A DNA stretch of 64,000 nucleotides from Candidatus Binatia bacterium (GTDB lineage Bacteria > Desulfobacterota > Binatia > UBA9968 > CAXXLF01): NCBI GenBank assembly GCA_963664015.2, contig CAXXLF010000002.1, forward strand, positions 672,001 through 736,000. The letters run 5' to 3'. Position 1 is the first letter of the stretch. The number at the start of each line of letters is the position of its first letter. Both the position numbers and the translations under genes were made by a program. Below are positions 19,871 to 30,114 of the stretch, one piece after another. Under the pieces are notes generated by a model, which did no database searches, was not told the origin of the DNA, and saw only the letters and a list, made by a program, of their open reading frames with translations.

Positions 19871-20824
19871 TTACTCCATTTGGATTCTCGGATCGAGCCA
19901 ATGGTAAATGACATCAACAATCAAGTTCACAAAGACATAGGTGAACGCCAGGAAGAGGACGGATCCTTGGAGAAGAGGATAGTCTCTGGCGTAGATAGCC
20001 TCCAGAACCAAAAGGGCCAAGCCGGGCCAGGAAAAAACCGTCTCTACTATAGTCGACCCACCAAAAAGTCGCCCCACTTGCAATCCGATGGCCGTTGTTG
20101 CCGCCACCAGAGAGTTTTTCAGAACATGTCGGGAAACAATTGCTCGAGGCGGTAAACCTTTCGCCTTGGCCGTTCGCACGTAATCCAACCTAAGCTGTTC
20201 CAACATCTCAGCCCTGACGAATCGCGTAATGCTGGAGGCCATAGCGGTTCCGAGCACGATGGCGGGAAGGATCAAGTGCCAGAGGAACTGGATAAAATTC
20301 ACGGAGGGATCCACGTATCCCATGGTGGGAAAGACTCTCCAGTACAGGCCAAAAAAAAGGATAAGCAAGAGGGCAAGCCAGAAATTAGGGACCGAAATAC
20401 CGAACAGGGCAAACCCCATAGCCGAATAGTCCAGGGGAGTATTCTGCTTCACCGCGGCGATAACGCCGGCAGGGATGGAGATCAGGATTCCCACGATAAA
20501 GGCACTGAATGCCAGGTAAATTGTTGCGGGATACCGGGCCTTGACCATGTCCCAGACAGGCTCACCAGTCTGCATGGACTGCCCCAAATTCCCCTGCAAG
20601 ACGTTGCCCATCCAACGCACATATTGGATATAGATGGGGGCGTCTAGTCCCAGCTGTTTTCGGAGCGCGTCGTAGAGCTCCTGACTGGCCGCAGCATCGT
20701 CCTCCCCGAGCATGACCTCAACCGGGTCGCCGGGGATTAGATGGATGATTAGAAAAACAAAGATGGAAACGAAGAAAAGGACCGGGACGAGCTGTAACAG
20801 TCGCTTTAGTATGTACTTGCCCAA
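19871..20824 (-). CDS. Peptide/nickel ABC transporter permease (DppB-like)
   Basis: IPGDP, GNLGQS, DYVRTAKAKGL, ETVFSWPGL, RDYP, LDPRI. Confidence 0.93.
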   Translation of the reverse strand: MGKYILKRLLQLVPVLFFVSIFVFLIIHLIPGDPVEVMLGEDDAAASQELYDALRKQLGLDAPIYIQYVRWMGNVLQGNLGQSMQTGEPVWDMVKARYPATIYLAFSAFIVGILISIPAGVIAAVKQNTPLDYSAMGFALFGISVPNFWLALLLILFFGLYWRVFPTMGYVDPSVNFIQFLWHLILPAIVLGTAMASSITRFVRAEMLEQLRLDYVRTAKAKGLPPRAIVSRHVLKNSLVAATTAIGLQVGRLFGGSTIVETVFSWPGLALLVLEAIYARDYPLLQGSVLFLAFTYVFVNLIVDVIYHWLDPRIQME

Positions 20825-20861
20825 ACGATCCTCTTCTCCGTAGGATTGGTTGTTCTCTAAT

Positions 20862-22448
20862 CTACTTGGCCAGCCACGTCCGTGAGAGCCCGCCCGTGGT
20901 CAGGTTAAAACGGGCCCCGTCGTCAGTGGTGAAACCCCGGACCTTCTTGTTGAACACGAAGTAGCGCGGCACAATGACCAGTGGGATTTCCGGCAGGTCG
21001 CTGTGGACCAGGCGGATGGCCTTATCGTAGAGCTTGAAACGCTCTTTCTTGTCGCTGGTTTGACTCGCCTTATCCGTCAGCTGGTCAAACTCTGGATTGC
21101 AGTATCCCGAGTAATTCAGGATGCGTTTTTTTCTCTTGCCTTCGAGGCATGAAAATCGAAACGGATACGCGTCGGCAGGGTCTTTGACGACCTCCGCCCC
21201 ACTGAAGCCCAACATGAAGTTTCCCGAGCGACGCATCCGTGAAATTTTGCCGCCGGTGAGGAATTCAAGCTTAACATTGAATCCGGCGCTGGTAAGTTGG
21301 CGTTCAATCACCTGCATCATGGGCTCCTCACCCTTACGGGCTATTAACTCGATCTCGAAGTTCGGGTCCACTCCGGATTCTTTGACCAACGCCTTCGATT
21401 TGGCGACGTCTCTCTTTATTTCCGGGAGACCAATGTGCCAGGGGCTGGTGTCGGGAATCGCCCACACGGTGGCCGGCACACCGTAGCCCCAATAGGCCGC
21501 GGTGATCAACTCTCTCATGTCCAAGGCGTAACGAACCGCATGGCGCAGCTTGGGATTATTGAACGGCGGTTTCGTCACCTCGAAAATGAGCCGGCGAAAG
21601 CCCGAATACTCGGCCTCGGCGATGCCCAGGTTGGGATAGTCTCCATCCGTTATTTTCTTAATAAAGGCATAAGGCGCCCTCTCGATGAGGTCCAGATCGC
21701 CCGCACGCACCGAGGTGAAACGGGCCTGCGTATCCCGTGCCGGTTTTAATATCAGCTCGTCGAGATAGGGGAGCCCTTTTTGCCAGTAGTTCTTGTTACG
21801 AACCAGGGTCACATGCCTTGCCCGTTTATAGTTTTTGAAGACAAAGGGACCTGTTCCCGGTGGAAACCCTATTATTCTTTTCTTAGCCTTGACTAGTTTC
21901 TTCAATCGTTGATTACTTCCAGTGGCGACCGATCCTTCAGGGACCACGACGAAGGGGCGAATCGAAGCCATGATGTTAAGAAAAATCGGGTCGACACCCT
22001 TCAACTTGAAATCGACGATGAGGTTGCCCCTCGCCGTCACGGATTCCACATTGCGCAACAGGGACAACCCTGTGGCCGCGTTTTTCGGATTCATCGCATA
22101 TTCGGCGCTCCATTTCACGTCCTGAGCGGTCATATTCTTGCCGTTATGAAACTTGACGCCGCTGCGGAGCTTAAAGGTATAGGTTTTGCCGTCGGAAGAG
22201 ATCTGCCACGCCTCGGCCAAGGCCGGAACAGGTTTTCCTTTAAGATCGAAATCCAGCAGGCCCTCAAACATTAACTGCCGCACGTAAGAGTCCGTCGACT
22301 GGGTTCTCCAGAAGGGGTTGAGTGAAGAGAGGTCCTTACGGATACCAAAGATGAGACGCCCGCCATACTGAGGCGTGTCGGCAGCCCATAGGGACCCAGT
22401 GATCATAAAGAGTCCCAAAATTAACGCTAATGTTCGTAACTGTTTCAT
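20862..22448 (-). CDS. Peptide/nickel ABC transporter substrate-binding protein (family 5)
   Basis: Signal peptide, PALAEAW..S.DGKTYTFKLR.GVKFHNG, GTGPF, NYWQKGLPYLD. Confidence 0.93.
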   Translation of the reverse strand: MKQLRTLALILGLFMITGSLWAADTPQYGGRLIFGIRKDLSSLNPFWRTQSTDSYVRQLMFEGLLDFDLKGKPVPALAEAWQISSDGKTYTFKLRSGVKFHNGKNMTAQDVKWSAEYAMNPKNAATGLSLLRNVESVTARGNLIVDFKLKGVDPIFLNIMASIRPFVVVPEGSVATGSNQRLKKLVKAKKRIIGFPPGTGPFVFKNYKRARHVTLVRNKNYWQKGLPYLDELILKPARDTQARFTSVRAGDLDLIERAPYAFIKKITDGDYPNLGIAEAEYSGFRRLIFEVTKPPFNNPKLRHAVRYALDMRELITAAYWGYGVPATVWAIPDTSPWHIGLPEIKRDVAKSKALVKESGVDPNFEIELIARKGEEPMMQVIERQLTSAGFNVKLEFLTGGKISRMRRSGNFMLGFSGAEVVKDPADAYPFRFSCLEGKRKKRILNYSGYCNPEFDQLTDKASQTSDKKERFKLYDKAIRLVHSDLPEIPLVIVPRYFVFNKKVRGFTTDDGARFNLTTGGLSRTWLAK

Positions 22449-22596
22449 GCAGTCCTCCTCTAAATTTATACAGAATCCAAAACCTTGACAGGGCTTTCTT
22501 AATTACCAATTCCACTCTACTCTGTCAACCGCGATTCCAGTACCATTCCAAAGCCCGAACTCATCAGAATCAAAAGATTATCTAGTGCGTATTCAC

Positions 22597-22626
22597 TTGA
22601 ATTTTCGAGCGCTGCCACCGTATAGT
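22597..22626 (+). promoter_or_regulatory. Candidate sigma70 promoter for the Mo-hydroxylase gene
   Basis: TTGAAT-N18-TATAGT. Confidence 0.4.
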
Positions 22627-22683
22627 GCAGGGCAGAGCAGGATCCGAATCTAGAGATCCGAATTGAAAGTTGCCGTGGAATCA

Positions 22684-24945
22684 ATGAAGGAAAAAAGAGC
22701 CAGGCCTCAAGCCGACCTGATTCGAGTCGATGCAGTCGACAAGGTCTCCGGGACCGCGTGTTACGCGGCGGATGTTCCCCTTCCGGGCCTGCTGGTAGGG
22801 GCTATGCTGCGCAGCACCATTCCCCATGGGCTCATCACTTCTATGGATGTCTCCAAGGCGCGGGAGATTCCCGGTGTCCACGGGGTTCTGACGGCTCAGG
22901 ACGTTCCCGATCTACGTGTCGGAAAGGGCTTACAGGACATTCCTCTTTTGGCACAGGAGCGGGTGCGGTTTGTCGGTGAAAGGATCGCTGCCATCGCCGC
23001 CGAATCTAGGGAGATCGCCGAAGAGGCGATCCACGCCATTAAAGTCGAGTACGCAGACCTCCCCACGGTCTGTGACGTCGAGAAGGCTCTCAGGCCCGAT
23101 GCCCCCATCATTCACCCTGAGCGCGCCACCTATAAACCCGCCGAAGGCCGTGAATGGCCCGAGTTCCCATCCGAGCCGAACGCAAATTCCCGGGTACTTT
23201 ATAAAAAGGGAAACTTCGAAGACGGCTTTTCGACCGCGGCCAGGGTTTTTGAGGACGTCTTCACTCTGCCCATGCAGCACCACGCCTTCATCGAACCCCA
23301 TTGCTGCACCGTCGCCGTCGATAACGGCGGCGGCGATGCGGAAAAGGTCCGAGTCTGGACCTCCATCAAGCAGCCTTTCTCCATGCGGGACTGGCTTGCA
23401 TCCGCCACGGGAGTTCCATCCGAGCGCATCGTCATCCTGCCCACCCAGATCGGCGGCGACTTCGGGGGCAAGGCCTTTCTATGGGACGAAGCGCTTGCCT
23501 ATTTTCTCGCCCGTGCCAGCGGCCGGCCCATCCGCATGGTAACGAGCCAGAACGAGGAGTTTGTGGCCGGCATCCACCGTCACGCCGCCGTGATTCGCAT
23601 CAAGAGCGGCCTGGACTCCCAGAACAACCTGACAGCACGTGAGGTTCGCATCCTATTTAACAACGGCGCCTACGCGGGCTACCGCCCCCACCCGACCATC
23701 GGTGGCTCTGCCCAAGCGGCTGGCTGCTACCGCATCCCTCACGTTCGCATTACGAGTACTCACGTCTACACCAATCAGGGCCCCTGTGGTCATATGCGCG
23801 GACCCGGTGAGCCTCAGGTCGGCTTCGCCGTGGAGTCCCACACCGACATGATCGCCCGGCGACTCGGGATGGATCCCGTGAAGTTCCGTCGCCAAACCGT
23901 CATGCGGGACGGCGACGAAGGCCCCCTAGGAAAGGTCTGGCATTCGGTTACGGCAGGCGAAATGGTGACAAGAGCGGCAACCGCGCTCCATTGGGATAAG
24001 CCGAAGAAACAGAACACCGGTCGAGGATTCGCCGTTAACGAGCGGGCTACGGGGAGGGGCAAGGCCGCCGTAGCTCTCGAGATCGACGCCGAAGGGCAAA
24101 TTTTGATCCGCACAGGTCTCGCGGAAATCGGCACCGGGGCCCACACCATGCTCAGGCAAGTGCTCGCCACTGCCTTCAAGATCGATCCCGCGGAGATTTC
24201 CGTGGTTCAGGGCGATACCGACAAGGGACCCTACGACCAGGGCGCCAACGCCAGCAAAGTGACCAACACCACGGGGGGCGCCGTTCTACTGGCCGCAAAG
24301 GATACACTGCCGCGCATCTTTGCCGCTGCCGCGGAGTTGAAGGGCTGGCCGGTCGGCGCCATCAGCGTGGAGCGGGGCCGAATCGTCTGCAAGGGCCGGC
24401 CAGGGTCCGTAACCTTTAAAGTAGCGGCAATTCGATTGGCGAAAACGAGCGGCGGCCGCTTCCGCCAGGACGCAGAACTATCATCGGAGCGCGGGGATTC
24501 GTTCGGCTACGCCTGCCAAGGAGTAGAAGTGACGGTAGACCGTGAGACCGGAAGGATTCGAATCAACCGCATCGTGGCCATCCAGGACGTGGGCTACGCC
24601 ATCAACCGCCAGGCCCTTACGAGCCAGATCGCCGGGGCCATCGGCATGGGGCTTGGCATGGCGCTGAGGGAAGAAATGCGCTACGACAACGGCTACCTTC
24701 AGGCGGTCAACTTCGGCGCGTACAAGATTTCCTGCGTCGCTGACATCCCGCCCACGACCTTTGAATTGATCGAGAACGGTGATGGCCCGGGTCCCTTTGG
24801 CGCCAAGGGTGTGGGGGAGATCGCTGCAGTGCCTATCATGGCGGCCATCGCCAATGCCGTCGAAGACGCCATAGGAGTGCGGATAACCGACTTACCGATC
24901 ACGGCAGAGAAGGTTCTGGGCGCACTCAACGGGCGGAAAAATTGA
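22684..24945 (+). CDS. Xanthine dehydrogenase-family molybdopterin-binding large subunit #1
   Basis: DKVSGTACYAAD, HAFIEPH, GGDFGGK, MRGPG, EIGTG, GPFGAKGVGE, ITDLPITAEKV. The start is either 22663 or 22684. Confidence 0.93.
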   Translation: MKEKRARPQADLIRVDAVDKVSGTACYAADVPLPGLLVGAMLRSTIPHGLITSMDVSKAREIPGVHGVLTAQDVPDLRVGKGLQDIPLLAQERVRFVGERIAAIAAESREIAEEAIHAIKVEYADLPTVCDVEKALRPDAPIIHPERATYKPAEGREWPEFPSEPNANSRVLYKKGNFEDGFSTAARVFEDVFTLPMQHHAFIEPHCCTVAVDNGGGDAEKVRVWTSIKQPFSMRDWLASATGVPSERIVILPTQIGGDFGGKAFLWDEALAYFLARASGRPIRMVTSQNEEFVAGIHRHAAVIRIKSGLDSQNNLTAREVRILFNNGAYAGYRPHPTIGGSAQAAGCYRIPHVRITSTHVYTNQGPCGHMRGPGEPQVGFAVESHTDMIARRLGMDPVKFRRQTVMRDGDEGPLGKVWHSVTAGEMVTRAATALHWDKPKKQNTGRGFAVNERATGRGKAAVALEIDAEGQILIRTGLAEIGTGAHTMLRQVLATAFKIDPAEISVVQGDTDKGPYDQGANASKVTNTTGGAVLLAAKDTLPRIFAAAAELKGWPVGAISVERGRIVCKGRPGSVTFKVAAIRLAKTSGGRFRQDAELSSERGDSFGYACQGVEVTVDRETGRIRINRIVAIQDVGYAINRQALTSQIAGAIGMGLGMALREEMRYDNGYLQAVNFGAYKISCVADIPPTTFELIENGDGPGPFGAKGVGEIAAVPIMAAIANAVEDAIGVRITDLPITAEKVLGALNGRKN

Positions 24946-25015
24946 ACCCTTCTTTCACTCGGGAACCAACCATCGGGGGTTTATCTTGGGTTCGTACTGA
25001 ATGACTCTGAAGAGA

Positions 25016-25675
25016 TCAGGGCAAAAGTATTTTGGATTTTCTCTGCACGCCTATGTGGGGAATAATCAGGCCGAGTATGATTCCAAACACGATCACCGCC
25101 GCGCCGATGATAAACCAATCCCGGTTTGACCCGTCCGACAGTGCGTGATTCTCGGATTTAAATTCGTCGATCTGCCGTTCGGCGTCATTTAGTTTCTTTG
25201 TTAGCTGCTTATTCTGGTCATTGAGTTGGATGGTGTTGGACGACAACTTTTGAATTTCCTCAAGCTGCCGTTGTAACCCACGGGAAGACCTTTTCGTATT
25301 ATCAAGCTGAGTCGTGAGATCCCTCAGTGCCCGCTCGAACTCCAGGCCCCGTGCTTTAAGCTGCCTGTTCGACTCTTCACTATCACGTAACCGGGCCTGC
25401 AACCGGGGTAGCTGGAGACGCGCTGTCTGGTTGGATAGCAGGTATCGAGTAAGCAACCAGCCTTCCATCCCGTCGGAAGTTTGTACCCTGGTATAACCGG
25501 ACTCGTCGTCCACCTCGAGCACCGTCACTTTGGTACCGCTGGGCATTACTCTGATGATACTTTGTTGCGTGTTCCTTCCTGTGCGCAGCATGACTTCGAA
25601 CTGATCGGAGATCCACCGATCATTGCTCTGTCCTAGTGCCAACCCCGGCCCAATACAAAGAGCGGCCGCCACCAA
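25016..25675 (-). CDS. SH3 domain protein with coiled coil and C-terminal TM (TIGR04211/YgiM-like)
   Basis: WISDQFEVMLRTG, GYTRVQT.DG.EGW, coiled coil, WFIIGA..GIILGLIIP. Start is uncertain. Confidence 0.85.
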   Translation of the reverse strand: MVAAALCIGPGLALGQSNDRWISDQFEVMLRTGRNTQQSIIRVMPSGTKVTVLEVDDESGYTRVQTSDGMEGWLLTRYLLSNQTARLQLPRLQARLRDSEESNRQLKARGLEFERALRDLTTQLDNTKRSSRGLQRQLEEIQKLSSNTIQLNDQNKQLTKKLNDAERQIDEFKSENHALSDGSNRDWFIIGAAVIVFGIILGLIIPHIGVQRKSKILLP

Positions 25676-25989
25676 AAATAATTTGACGCGGTTCCATCGA
25701 TGTGGTCGGAAAATACAAGCAAGCCTGAACCATTGAGTTTAAAAAATAGCCCAATACGCTGGTACAATGGTAGGAATCTGTTTTGGAAGAGTAGCCGCCA
25801 AGAATCAAAAACTTCCTGAGACAGCTACCTGTCAACCCACGGTCAATAAATCTATGCGGGAATGGGACAGCCCTTCTCTATATTGGGTGAGCAATATCCG
25901 ATAACGAGGCGTTATGTCAACAAAAACCTGACATTCCAGGAAAACTGCACATCCACATTTAGGATGGAGACAATTCGCCGGTGTAGCCC

Positions 25990-27249
25990 CTACTGTTTTG
26001 TAGCAGGATTTTTCAGCGTCATCAGTATGATACGGTTCGTGCTGCTCTGGTGGATCAGCAGGTTGCCGTCCCGCGTCGGTCTCATGTGCCTCACGATGCC
26101 GGCATAGATGCCCCCGGAAGGGATGGGCCAGCTCTGAAACGTCTCCGACGCAGGATCGAACCGCACCATTGTATCCGGCCTGCTGCCTGATTCGTTGTAT
26201 CAGACAATGTCGTCTACGACCGCGATGGCATAGGGGCGCGATCTCGGCCCGCTGGGTGAAGGCCATTCCTTGACCTCCCCCGTCTTCGGGTTGAACCGGC
26301 CCAACCGACCCTGGCGGGAATTGACGTACCAGAGCATGTCGTCGCTCGCGAAATCGAGTCTCCGGACGGTAGTCTTCGGATCCGGCAACTTATACTCGCG
26401 TAGTTTCATCGTCTCCGGATTGACGCTAACCAGGCAATTGCCACCGTTACAGGCAACCCACGGGACGCCGTTGGAGTCTAACTTGATGCCGTAAGGCCGA
26501 GATTTCGGGGTGGGCATAGTTACCAGCTTGATGTCACCCGTCTCAGGATTCAGCCGGCCTACCATATTGCTACGCTGCAAGGTGAACCACATCATTCCCT
26601 TGCCATCGAAAATCGCTGTGTGTGGATCCCTGGCGGCGGGGTCGGGCATCTTGTACACGGTGATCTTACCCGTGCGCGGGTCGAGTTTGCCTACCGTTCC
26701 GTTTTTGTTGCCCGTGTACCAGACGTTGGCCTCCCGATCCATGGTCACCGAATGGGGCATCGAGTTTTCCGGCAATGGGTATTCCTTCATTTCGCCGGTC
26801 TTGGGATCGATGCGCCCGATCAAGTTGCCCCATTGCCCAGCCCACCAGATGGATCCGTCCAGCGCCTGAACAGGGTCACGCGACCGCTGCCCAAGCGTGG
26901 GAACCGTCCATTCCTTGAAGCCTATCGAGGCACTGCCAGGAATCAGTTTGGGCTTCCGCTTAGTGTTCTCAGGGAAGTGAGTGGTCAGATACGTCGTTAT
27001 CGTCTCATAGGCAGAGCTGCCGGACAGGTCGATCATCGTACCGATCAATTCTTGCCAGCCTTCGCGGGTATACCCTGAACTGCGGGTAATCGGGTTCATG
27101 TTATGGCACGCGGCGCAGGCACCCTGCACGAGCTCCTTACCAGGTCCTGCCGGCAATTCACTCGACCACCTCTGCGCCATGGCGGGCAACGGCCCGATCA
27201 GAAGTACGAGGATTAGGGTACTGACAAGTCCGATGGTGCGAATCCTCAT
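25990..27249 (-). pseudogene. Exported cytochrome c (CAACH) + Vgb-type beta-propeller protein interrupted by an in-frame TGA at 26202-26200
   Basis: Signal peptide, CAACH and repeated GRIDPKTG/PH-PY blades. The frame continues DIV*YNESG..RFDP..FQSWPIPSGG to TAG 25990. Confidence 0.8.
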
Positions 27250-27815
27250 GTTGATCTCCTTATTATTAATTATCAGGAAGGTACCCATATCATAGGGGGA
27301 AAAATTGTCAATCACTGCAGGAGGAATTTGAACAACGTTTTAATTGATTCCTACATAGGACTCATTTCATGAGCTATTTCATTGTATCCTAAAGCTGGTG
27401 GAATAAAAGAAAGTGCGGGCCCGAGGAGGACCGCGTTGATTACTATAAGAAAAAGGTTCCTCACACCTTTTCCGTCAGCTATCGATGTCGTCTTTGAAAA
27501 CGGCATTGGGCTTGTTACCCCACAACCCCAATGGACAGAGCAGCCCCTTAGGTTAAATCCTCCATTGCTGTGCCATGAGTCGTTATTTCGTTAAAAGAAT
27601 GCTAGAGTCAAACACCTGATCGTAATTACCAGCGTGCGCGCCCGAACCATAATCTATCCCTATTCGGCGCAGACAGCGCGGTTAAGCGCAAGAGTGGCTT
27701 GACGCCCCCTTCTCCATAATAGCGGACCGCGCCCGATCTAAACAAAAGAAGTTGTTGGATCCCGAAACCGTTCGCTTGGTTAACGTGACTTTATACTCTG
27801 GTAAGACAACCCATC

Positions 27816-29570
27816 GTGATTAAGATCAACCAACTTTCAAAGTCCTATTTTGCCCGTGAGCTTTTCACTGACGTCATTTTCCAGATGAATGCGGGTGATC
27901 GCTTGGGCTTAGTCGGACGCAACGGCCACGGTAAATCCACCCTCTTTAAACTCATTTTGGGGCAAGAAGAGCCCGACTCGGGCAAGATCGCTATCCCGCG
28001 AAACTATCGCATCGGCCATCTCGAGCAGCACTTACACTTTACCCAGCCGACGATTTTGGAGGAAGCGGCTTTAGGACTACCGGAAGAAGACTCCCATTCC
28101 ATCTATAAGGCTGAAGCCATATTATCCGGACTGGGATTTTCGGACACCGATCTTGAAAAGCCGCCTCATGAGTTTTCTGGCGGTTTTCAAATTCGCATCA
28201 ACCTCGCAAAGCTCCTACTCTCCGACCCCAATCTGCTTTTACTAGACGAACCGACAAACTACCTCGACATTACATCGGTTCGTTGGATCGCAAGATTTCT
28301 CGCTAATTTTAACGGCGAGCTTATTTTAATCTCTCATGATCGTGACTTCATGGACAGCATCACGACGCACACGGCGGTTATTCATCGCCAGAAAATTCGT
28401 AAATTCGAGGGCGGCACCGCCAAGGCGTACGATCAGCTCGTCATCGAGGACGAAATTCACGAAAAGACACGCGCCAACGAAGAGAGCAAACGAGCCCATG
28501 CCGAGGCTTTTATCAGTCGGTTTAGAGCCCAGGCTTCAAAAGCCAAGATGGTTCAGTCGCGCATCAAGATGCTCGAAAAACTCCCCAAACTCGACGGGCT
28601 GGCTAATATTGAGTCTTTGGATTTTGCATTTAGGCACGCCCCCTTTGCCGCCAAAACGTTACTTGATGCACGCAATATTTCATTTGGCTACACCCCCGAT
28701 AATGTCTTGTTCCAGAACATTAATCTGACCATCAATGCTCGGGACCGATTCGGCGTGATTGGCAACAACGGCAAAGGCAAATCGACTTTATTAAATGTAC
28801 TGTCCGGGGGGCTAAAACCGCTGACCGGCGAGCTCAAGGCTCATCCCGGTTTGAAACTGGGATACTTCGGCCAAACCAACATTCAACGGCTCAATCCAAA
28901 GTTGACCATCGAACAGGAAATCGAACGGACCAATCCGGCACTAACACGCACGCAGGTTCGAAACATTTGCGGCACGATGATGTTCGGCGGCGATTTAGCT
29001 TTAAAGAAAGTATCCGTACTGTCGGGCGGCGAAAGAAGTCGAACCCTATTGGGCAAGATCCTCGCTCATCCTTCAAACCTCCTTTTACTGGATGAACCCA
29101 ACAACCACCTCGACATGCAATCCATCGACGCCTTGATCGAGAGCCTGCAAGACTTTCCCGGGGCTTTGTTGATTGTCACCCATAACGAACGGATTCTTCG
29201 CGCCCTAGCCACGAAACTTATCGTCTTTCACCGCGGCACAGTCAATGCCTTCAATTCAGGCTACGACGAGTTTTTAGAAAAGATCGGTTGGGAGGACGAA
29301 AGCGAAGCCAACGGCGCACAGAAAAAGCCTACGTCGCGAAATAATTACAACGAGAAAAAAGAACGTGGGAAAGCGGAACGCAGAGAAAAAGCAAGAATCG
29401 CAAAGCTCGAAGCCCAGATCCTAAAAAGTGAGAATACGTTAAAGAAATACCACGAGCAACTCGAGATCGAAGCGAATCGCAACAATCTCGCTCAGTTGGA
29501 CGATCTATCCCGGAAAATCGGCCAGGTAAAGGAAGAAATCGAGGATTTGTATCGGGAGTACGCAGGGTAG
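27816..29570 (+). CDS. ABC-F family ATP-binding protein
   Basis: Two ABC cassettes (GRNGHGKST, FSGG, LLLDEPTN; GNNGKGKST, LSGGE, LLLDEPNN), no TM segments, C-terminal coiled coil. Confidence 0.95.
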   Translation: MIKINQLSKSYFARELFTDVIFQMNAGDRLGLVGRNGHGKSTLFKLILGQEEPDSGKIAIPRNYRIGHLEQHLHFTQPTILEEAALGLPEEDSHSIYKAEAILSGLGFSDTDLEKPPHEFSGGFQIRINLAKLLLSDPNLLLLDEPTNYLDITSVRWIARFLANFNGELILISHDRDFMDSITTHTAVIHRQKIRKFEGGTAKAYDQLVIEDEIHEKTRANEESKRAHAEAFISRFRAQASKAKMVQSRIKMLEKLPKLDGLANIESLDFAFRHAPFAAKTLLDARNISFGYTPDNVLFQNINLTINARDRFGVIGNNGKGKSTLLNVLSGGLKPLTGELKAHPGLKLGYFGQTNIQRLNPKLTIEQEIERTNPALTRTQVRNICGTMMFGGDLALKKVSVLSGGERSRTLLGKILAHPSNLLLLDEPNNHLDMQSIDALIESLQDFPGALLIVTHNERILRALATKLIVFHRGTVNAFNSGYDEFLEKIGWEDESEANGAQKKPTSRNNYNEKKERGKAERREKARIAKLEAQILKSENTLKKYHEQLEIEANRNNLAQLDDLSRKIGQVKEEIEDLYREYAG

Positions 29571-29574
29571 CTCC

Positions 29575-29949
29575 CTACGCTGCAAAAGAGGTTCCACATC
29601 CACACGAACCCGTGGCCTTTGGATTTTGGAACGTGAATCCGGCTCCCATTAAACTGCTTTTGTAGTCGATCGTTGTACCTTTTAGATGGTCAACCGTTGA
29701 TTGGTCCAAGTAGATCTTGAGCGTCCCCTGTTCAACTACCGTATCACTTGGGTTAGATTCTTTTTCAAAATCAAGTTTGTAGGAGAATCCTGAGCACCCT
29801 CCACTGACAACGCTTATTCTGAGCCCATGACCATCCAGTTTATCACGCACGAGCATTTTCTTAATCTGTCCCATAGCAGCTTCGGTCACTGCCACAACCT
29901 TCCCAAGATCTAACTCTTGTCCGGTATCAGGTAAAATTTCAGTATCCAT
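29575..29949 (-). CDS. A-type Fe-S carrier (IscA/ErpA/HesB family)
   Basis: LRISVVSGGCSGFSY, IDY, FQNP.A.GSCGCGTSF. Confidence 0.95.
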   Translation of the reverse strand: MDTEILPDTGQELDLGKVVAVTEAAMGQIKKMLVRDKLDGHGLRISVVSGGCSGFSYKLDFEKESNPSDTVVEQGTLKIYLDQSTVDHLKGTTIDYKSSLMGAGFTFQNPKATGSCGCGTSFAA

Positions 29950-30114
29950 AAGCAACCTCCATGAGTGTCAACTTTCATTCAAGATAGACCTAAAAATTTC
30001 ATCATGTCAAGGGGCACCATGGGCCACCGGAATCTTGTACTAAGGCGACGCGTTGATTGCCTCGGTTGCAGTTACAGCCGCTGAGATAAGGTAGGGACCC
30101 GATCATTACCTAAG

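Noticed and set aside
27595-27815. Riboswitch or ncRNA upstream of the ABC-F gene
   Set aside because: Some GC-rich pairing potential, but no recognisable conserved motif; an Rfam scan would be needed.
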